50,795 bases of DNA, taken from the UHGV virus genome UHGV-0203461. One strand, written 5' to 3'. Position 1 is the first letter of the stretch; the number at the start of each line of letters is the position of its first letter. The position numbers were made by a program, and so were the translations under genes. Positions 47,821 to 50,795 of the stretch are shown piece after piece. The notes under the pieces were generated by a model. It ran no database searches and was not told where the DNA came from. It worked only from the letters and a program-made list of their open reading frames with translations. The stretch is from a virus.

Positions 47821-48633
47821 TTAACCTAACATTGATATTTGATTGTTCTTTTTAAACTTATTAATAAAGTATATTTGTCCCTTACCAGTAATCTTAGGTG
47901 TTTTAGTAATACTTGTATGACCATCTGGATGTACTCTTGTACCTTCTTTTGTTTCTATAACTCCTAAATCTACACTTTTTTGAGTTGGTGTATTGTAATC
48001 CTCACCTTTACGTTTTATTAAGTAACCATTATTTCTTAACCAGTCAAATAATCTATTTTGTCCTGTATCAATTCCATTTTGTCTAAGCAATTTTGCTAAT
48101 TCTCCAACTAGGATTGAATTGTCAGAAGACGCTACCGAATCAGCAAACAGTACTTTTGGTTGTTGTAACTGGATTACCTTATCCTTTTCTTGATTTTCTA
48201 ATTGTAGTTGTTCTTTTTCCTCAACTTCTATTAATAACTGTTGCAATGCTTCTTTGTACGTAGTTGGTAATTTAGGTTGCTGTTCATTTTCTTTTACTCT
48301 AAAATAGTTATTAACCAATTCTCTTTGTACTGTCCAAGCTAAATCATCTGTTAGAGATTTTACTAACATTAGATAACCACTTTCAGTTATTAGAATCCCA
48401 TTTGGAGCAAATTTACTAAAACCATACAACTCCAAGCTTGGTACGATTTTCGTACTGACCTCAAAATAATCAATATTTTCTATAAAGTATTTTTTATTCT
48501 CAGTAAAATTTCTTTTTGCTGTTCCTTCTGCCCTTTCATGAATTAAGTCAATTTCTTTAAATGTTACAACTCTTTCACCTTTAAACTCTTTAACTTGTAA
48601 TTTTTTATCATTTATTAAAACTAAGTTATTCAT
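47821..48633 (-). CDS. antirepressor (ORF6N N-terminal domain, KilAC C-terminal domain)
   Basis: 270 aa. Confidence 0.7.
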   Translation of the reverse strand: MNNLVLINDKKLQVKEFKGERVVTFKEIDLIHERAEGTAKRNFTENKKYFIENIDYFEVSTKIVPSLELYGFSKFAPNGILITESGYLMLVKSLTDDLAWTVQRELVNNYFRVKENEQQPKLPTTYKEALQQLLIEVEEKEQLQLENQEKDKVIQLQQPKVLFADSVASSDNSILVGELAKLLRQNGIDTGQNRLFDWLRNNGYLIKRKGEDYNTPTQKSVDLGVIETKEGTRVHPDGHTSITKTPKITGKGQIYFINKFKKNNQISMLG

Positions 48634-48835
48634 ATATTCCTCCCTCTTGTATTATTTTTAATATATCTACATCCAAAGCCTGAGCTAATTTACATAATGT
48701 ATCTACTTTAGGCATATATTTATCCTTTTCCAAGTCACTAATTGTTGTTTGAGCTATACCTGTGATTTTACTCAGTTCTGATTGTGATAACATATTGTTT
48801 TTTCTATAATATTTAAGTTTATATCCTATTGACAT
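48626..48835 (-). CDS. XRE-family HTH regulator
   Basis: 69 aa. LSQSELSKITGIAQTTISDLEKDKYMPKVDTLCKLAQAL. Confidence 0.7.
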   Translation of the reverse strand: MSIGYKLKYYRKNNMLSQSELSKITGIAQTTISDLEKDKYMPKVDTLCKLAQALDVDILKIIQEGGIYE

Positions 48836-48985
48836 TAACTCACCTGCCTTTTACTAACTATATATCGTTAATTTAATTATATATGTATTTTTATCCCTCG
48901 TCAACGTTTTATCGTTAATTTTTTTCATAAAAATATGTTATTATTGATTTGAACGATTTAACGTTAAAACAAAGGAGGTATTAAA

Positions 48986-49222
48986 ATGGATTTATTAACA
49001 GCAATATCAAAACGTATATTAGATTTATGTAAAGAAAATGATATTACAGTAAACAAGCTTTGCACTTTAGCTGGTGTAACACAATCTACTGTAGATAGCA
49101 TTTTAAAAGGTAAAAGCAAGAATCCTGGTATATGCACTATAAAAAAACTTTGTGATACTTTAGAAATAACAATAATTGATTTTTTTGATAATCCTTTATT
49201 CAAAGATTTAGATATTGATTAA
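48986..49222 (+). CDS. XRE-family HTH regulator
   Basis: 78 aa. ITVNKLCTLAGVTQSTVDSILKGKSKNP. Followed by hairpin CGTCTGC-loop-GCAGGCG. Confidence 0.6.
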   Translation: MDLLTAISKRILDLCKENDITVNKLCTLAGVTQSTVDSILKGKSKNPGICTIKKLCDTLEITIIDFFDNPLFKDLDID

Positions 49223-49371
49223 TACAGAAATTAATATTCAACTTTCGTCTGCTTTTTGGCAGGCGTATTGTTGTTTGCTCTATTTCCATCTAATCACCTC
49301 TTTTGAATATTCTGTATCTATTTCTTAACACATTATCTCAGTACACCATGTTATAATTAACTTAAATTCTA

Positions 49372-49584
49372 ATGAAAGTTGGTGTTATCATGAAGTTTGT
49401 TTATGTTAAGATATTTAATAACTGGATTGATATAACTGATATTGGCTCTATAAATGGCTGTAATGCAATTGAATATATTAATGAAAACCTTGATAAAATG
49501 TACTCTAGTAATTATGTTTCTATAAATTACAAAGATAAAAACTATTGCATTCATCCATCATGTATTCAAATAGTTACAAAATAA
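49372..49584 (+). CDS. hypothetical protein
   Basis: 70 aa. Followed by a hairpin plus T-run at 49596-49630. Confidence 0.3.
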   Translation: MKVGVIMKFVYVKIFNNWIDITDIGSINGCNAIEYINENLDKMYSSNYVSINYKDKNYCIHPSCIQIVTK

Positions 49585-49666
49585 AGTGTTTATCTCTCTT
49601 TAAAAAACTTTTAAGGGAGATATTTTTATTTTATATTTAGTTTTCAAAGTGCTGTTGTGATTTAAC

Positions 49667-50458
49667 TTAATTTTTGCTTAAATCACTTGATATTCCATAT
49701 TTTAAAGCCATATCTTTTACAATAGCAACATACCCCTCTATTAGCTTCTTATCATCTTGTATTACATCTAGATTGTTAACTTTCTCTCTTTTAGATTCAG
49801 ATACACCTTCTTCTGCCATTTTTCTTCTTTTATTAATTAATCTTCTATGCAAATCAACTCCAAATCGCTTATTTAATAATTCATAACTTTCTGTTCTAAG
49901 CATATTTATATGTTCAAAACCACCTTGTTTTTTTGCTATTCTTGCAATTAGTTGATGTGTATTTGTTCTCCAACTATTTGAGTCTAATGAAACTACATCT
50001 TTTATTGTTTCAACCTCTGTCTTTGCTTCTAAAGCAATGCTATTTGCTTGATTAACTTGAAGTCTTAAATCTTTCATTTCTTTTAAACTTTCTATTAATA
50101 CATCTTCTATACAAGTTGGCTTATGTTGCTTAACTTTGAAATATGTTTCTTCTAAGTTATCAAACTGCTCCCAAGCTTTGTCAGTATCCAATATTTTGCA
50201 GTGTCTATTTGCTCCTCTTTCAGTCCAAAGATACATTTTTGAAGTAAATTTTAGGTTTTCATATTCTGTATGAATACCTTTAAAATTTTTTAAATCATCA
50301 CCTTGCAATAAAAAATAATGTTTACCTTCAATAAATCTATCTTTGTTATTGTTAAAATTGTTGCTTATATTTCTTGCATCTGTTTCATATACATCTGCTA
50401 GTTGCTGTGTAGTTAAAACTCTTTCGTTATTTCTTTCTATTACTTGTAAGTTATTCAT
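49667..50458 (-). CDS. ORF6N-domain antirepressor
   Basis: 263 aa. ERVLTTQQLADVYETDARNISNNFNNNKDRFIEGKHYFLL. Confidence 0.65.
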   Translation of the reverse strand: MNNLQVIERNNERVLTTQQLADVYETDARNISNNFNNNKDRFIEGKHYFLLQGDDLKNFKGIHTEYENLKFTSKMYLWTERGANRHCKILDTDKAWEQFDNLEETYFKVKQHKPTCIEDVLIESLKEMKDLRLQVNQANSIALEAKTEVETIKDVVSLDSNSWRTNTHQLIARIAKKQGGFEHINMLRTESYELLNKRFGVDLHRRLINKRRKMAEEGVSESKREKVNNLDVIQDDKKLIEGYVAIVKDMALKYGISSDLSKN

Positions 50459-50687
50459 ATTTTTCAGCTCCTTTTTCTTTAAATGTACTTTTAGTACAGT
50501 TGTTTTTCAAAAAAATATACTCTATTGAAGTATTGAAATAAGCTGCTATTTTTACAGCTGTATTTAGAGACGGTACTCTTTCGCCATTCTCTAAGAAAGC
50601 TATATACCTACTTGTAAGACCTAATTCAGCTCCTAACTGATTTCTACTTAGTCCTTTTTGTATTCTAAAATCTTTTAGTTTATTCAT
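50451..50687 (-). CDS. XRE-family HTH regulator, cro-like
   Basis: 78 aa. LSRNQLGAELGLTSRYIAFLENGERVPSLNTAVKIAAYF. Divergent from the cI-like gene at 37-402 across the window ends. Confidence 0.7.
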   Translation of the reverse strand: MNKLKDFRIQKGLSRNQLGAELGLTSRYIAFLENGERVPSLNTAVKIAAYFNTSIEYIFLKNNCTKSTFKEKGAEKYE

Positions 50688-50714
50688 TTTTTCACCTTCT
50701 TTTACTTTATCTTA

Positions 50715-50743
50715 TGTACTAATAGTACAGTACTATTAGTACA
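50715..50743. promoter_or_regulatory. two adjacent 15-bp near-palindromic operators TGTACTAATAGTACA / AGTACTATTAGTACA in the cro-cI intergenic region; third site TGTACTTTTAGTACA at 50485-50499
   Basis: TGTAC-N5-GTACA dyads seen directly. The third copy precedes the ORF6N antirepressor start. Confidence 0.45.
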
Positions 50744-50795
50744 TTGTCAATAGCTTTTTTAAAAAAAATGAGCTATAATTGATAATTAAGAACTA

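Noticed and set aside
49369-49554. - strand 61-aa ORF antisense to 49372-49584
   Set aside because: The two ORFs are mutually exclusive. The + strand one has a terminator and a better start context. Neither is strongly supported.

Overview
This 50.8-kb window is an almost uninterrupted temperate myovirus genome of a low-GC Firmicute, with A+T over 70%. Two things point to a Clostridioides difficile phage: the endolysin's C-terminal domain matches the CD27L-type domain as I recall it, and the two small type I toxin loci resemble those described in C. difficile prophages.

Layout. The + strand carries an XRE cI-like repressor (37-402), a HicA/HicB pair and a tyrosine integrase, followed by an attP-like repeat field (2856-3164). 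Nearly everything else is on the - strand, read from 50.7 kb down to 5.7 kb:
- cro-like XRE and an early region with five antirepressor paralogs of ORF6N, Bro-N and KilAC type;
- an array of small ribbon-helix-helix (RHH) genes, then Gp157-like, RecT-like, replisome organizer, YopX x2, an orphan Dcm C5-methyltransferase, an NA37-like protein, RusA and an ArpU-like late regulator;
- the late operon: TerS, TerL (PBSX type), portal, MuF, scaffold, capsid, connectors, sheath, tube, tape measure, XkdP/Q/S/T/U-like baseplate, tail fibres;
- the lysis genes: XhlA-like, holin, Amidase_3 endolysin.

The window ends look like a circular map opened between divergent cro and cI. Near-palindromic TGTAC-N5-GTACA operators sit in the 50.69-50.79 kb cro-cI intergenic stretch, beside the junction if the map is circular.

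Main discoveries.
1. Two homologous type I toxin-antitoxin loci missing from the ORF track: toxins of 47 and 53 aa on the - strand with convergent antisense sRNAs. One sits in the lysogenic-conversion region and one inside the tail module. Both the toxin and antitoxin transcripts start with the same leader motif (AACTACAATCTA...GAGTG.AG.TTCAT).
2. A self-contained moron island inside the tail gene cluster (18.9-21.7 kb), between the tail chaperones and the tape measure. It holds a consensus promoter under a 14-bp perfect palindrome operator, a 56-aa CopG/RHH gene, a Bro-N/KilAC antirepressor, a zinc-ribbon plus SHOCT protein and the second type I TA. Every block is bracketed by the same terminator hairpin, AAAGCACYTAC-loop-GTAAGTGCTTT.
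3. A modular antirepressor/RHH regulatory array (46.5-50.5 kb) with a 35-bp element carrying TTTGAAA direct repeats at the 3' end of three antirepressor genes and, as a variant D, beside a degenerate RHH remnant antisense to an XRE gene. It includes a divergent RHH-RHH switch with TGACGCAA direct repeats.
4. A conversion region between endolysin and integrase with two orphan BlaI/MecI/CopY-family repressors (one truncated), the first TA locus, and a 343-aa multi-transmembrane protein that is a candidate for abortive infection or superinfection exclusion.
5. Two tandem Rho-independent terminators immediately upstream of terS, implying read-through or antitermination control of the late operon.

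I found no CRISPR array, rRNA or convincing tRNA gene.
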